A stretch of 25,284 bases of DNA, taken from the NCBI GenBank assembly GCA_040081515.1, contig JBEBGK010000001.1, forward strand, positions 1 through 25,284, in the 5' to 3' direction. The position numbers and the translations under genes are program-made. The first letter of the stretch is position 1. Every line of letters starts with the position of its first letter. Positions 24,345 to 25,284 of this stretch are shown piece after piece. The notes beneath the pieces are model-generated. The model searched no databases. It saw only the letters and a program-made list of their open reading frames with translations, and was not told where the DNA came from. This DNA comes from Chthoniobacteraceae bacterium (lineage in GTDB: Bacteria > Verrucomicrobiota > Verrucomicrobiia > Chthoniobacterales > Chthoniobacteraceae).

Positions 24345-25284
24345 TCATTCCACCGAAGCCAATCGACGGCCTTTCACAAGCCGGCTCACAAGATCAACAA
24401 ATCCTGCCCGTTCAGCAGCCCATCTGTGCGCGGAATAGACTCCCTGCCCCCTTCTGACGATTGCATTCACCTCGGCCGGATTGCCAAACACATATTCGAT
24501 CTTTTTCGCGAGGTCACTCGCATCTCCGAGATTGAAGAAAACCAGAGAGTTGTCCGGAAAGTAGTCTTGAATGCCGGGAGCCGCAGGCGCAACCACCGGC
24601 TTGCCTCGCGAAAGATACTCGAAGATTCGGGTCGGCGTGTTCAATTCGGTGAAGATGCTCCGTCGGTTCGGGATAATTCCCAAGTCACACTCATCGATGG
24701 CTTCTACAATCTGTTCTAAGTTCCTCTCCGGAAGAAAAGTGACCTGGTCCTGCAGGCCATCCCGACGAACGGACTCCATGACGTGCTCCAGAAAGAGCGT
24801 TGACCGCCCGTAAACTCGCAACTCGATCCCCGGAATCGATTGTTTCAACGACCCAACCGCTTGAACCGCGAGATCCAGCCCGTGCCGCTCGACGAGTGAA
24901 CCGTGATACATCAGGACGAATGGCTTGGCAGCCGACCGAGGCGACGCAGTCCGGCCTTCGGCATCATGATACTTGAAAATTCTCTCGTCGGGCGAGTTCA
25001 TCACCACGTGAACCTTCTCGCCCCGGCAACTTCTCGAAGAGAATATCTTCTTGCAGGCGAGGTTCACGGTGACCGCAGCATCTGCAAACCAGATGCTGAA
25101 CTTCTCCAATTGCTTCATGAAGCGGACCGCGAAACTGTTCTCCGGAATCCCGAAGATTGTCATCATCAACTCCGGCATTGGATCGTGGAGATCCAGGATT
25201 ACCTTCGCGCCGAGGATCTTTGGGACCAGCGCACTGAAGACGAGCACGTCCGGCATGTTGTGCACTGGACAAGGCGGTAACGGC
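24345..25284 (-). CDS. Glycosyltransferase family 4, 5'-partial, with apparent 1-nt frameshift at ~25265
   Basis: VHNMPDVLVF, ILDLHDPMPE, VVMNSPD, LMYHGSLVERHGLDL, PTRIFEYLSRGKPVV. The tracked start is a GTG (Val) of VHNMPD. Upstream, the plausible residues RYRLVQ lie in another frame. Confidence 0.85.
   Translation of the reverse strand, partial: PLPPCPVHNMPDVLVFSALVPKILGAKVILDLHDPMPELMMTIFGIPENSFAVRFMKQLEKFSIWFADAAVTVNLACKKIFSSRSCRGEKVHVVMNSPDERIFKYHDAEGRTASPRSAAKPFVLMYHGSLVERHGLDLAVQAVGSLKQSIPGIELRVYGRSTLFLEHVMESVRRDGLQDQVTFLPERNLEQIVEAIDECDLGIIPNRRSIFTELNTPTRIFEYLSRGKPVVAPAAPGIQDYFPDNSLVFFNLGDASDLAKKIEYVFGNPAEVNAIVRRGQGVYSAHRWAAERAGFVDLVSRLVKGRRLASVE

Larger units (their letters stand above)
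1..25284 (-). other. Exopolysaccharide / surface polysaccharide biosynthesis gene cluster (interior part)
   Basis: 20 co-oriented minus-strand CDSs: six glycosyltransferases, nucleotide-sugar enzymes, an O-antigen ligase/Wzy-family protein and tailoring enzymes. Overlaps or abutments at 346-349, 12021-12024, 15191/15192 and 16109-16112. Confidence 0.95.

Noticed and set aside
1-25284. CRISPR array, IS/transposase, integrase, tRNA or rRNA
   Set aside because: No spaced identical repeats, terminal inverted repeats, mobile-element ORFs or RNA-gene signatures were seen. Intergenic gaps are 200 bp or less.

Overview
The whole window is the interior of one large surface or exopolysaccharide biosynthesis operon. 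All 20 supportable CDSs lie on the minus strand and are tightly packed, with several ATGA/GTGA overlaps, and the cluster runs off both ends. In transcription order (right to left) it encodes: a GT4 (5'-partial, apparent 1-nt frameshift), a NodB-like deacetylase, a Gfo/Idh/MocA dehydrogenase, a hexapeptide acetyltransferase, a DegT aminotransferase (the last three a wlbABC/wbpBDE-like trio), an O-antigen ligase/Wzy-like membrane protein, an SDR epimerase, a second Gfo/Idh/MocA, a GT2, an (alpha/alpha)6-barrel-like unknown, a canonical AsnB, a FemAB/GNAT-like protein, a second AsnB-like protein with a degenerate glutaminase site, an FkbM methyltransferase, a GT4, a 1272-aa secreted protein (beta-helix / 3x Ig / beta-helix), a GT2 and two tandem GT4 paralogues. 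The last GT4 is 3'-partial and absent from the ORF track. The bacterial I-set Ig repeats suggest Verrucomicrobiota, but that is only an inference. The two most interesting items are (i) an amide-tailoring cassette pairing an intact AsnB, a FemAB-like transferase and a glutaminase-dead AsnB that may be an amine/amino-acid ligase, and (ii) the giant double beta-helix Ig-linked secreted protein, which carries a phage-tail-fibre-like insert and sits inside the biosynthetic operon. No RNA genes, IS elements or CRISPR arrays were seen. All family assignments are from motifs read by eye; no searches were run.
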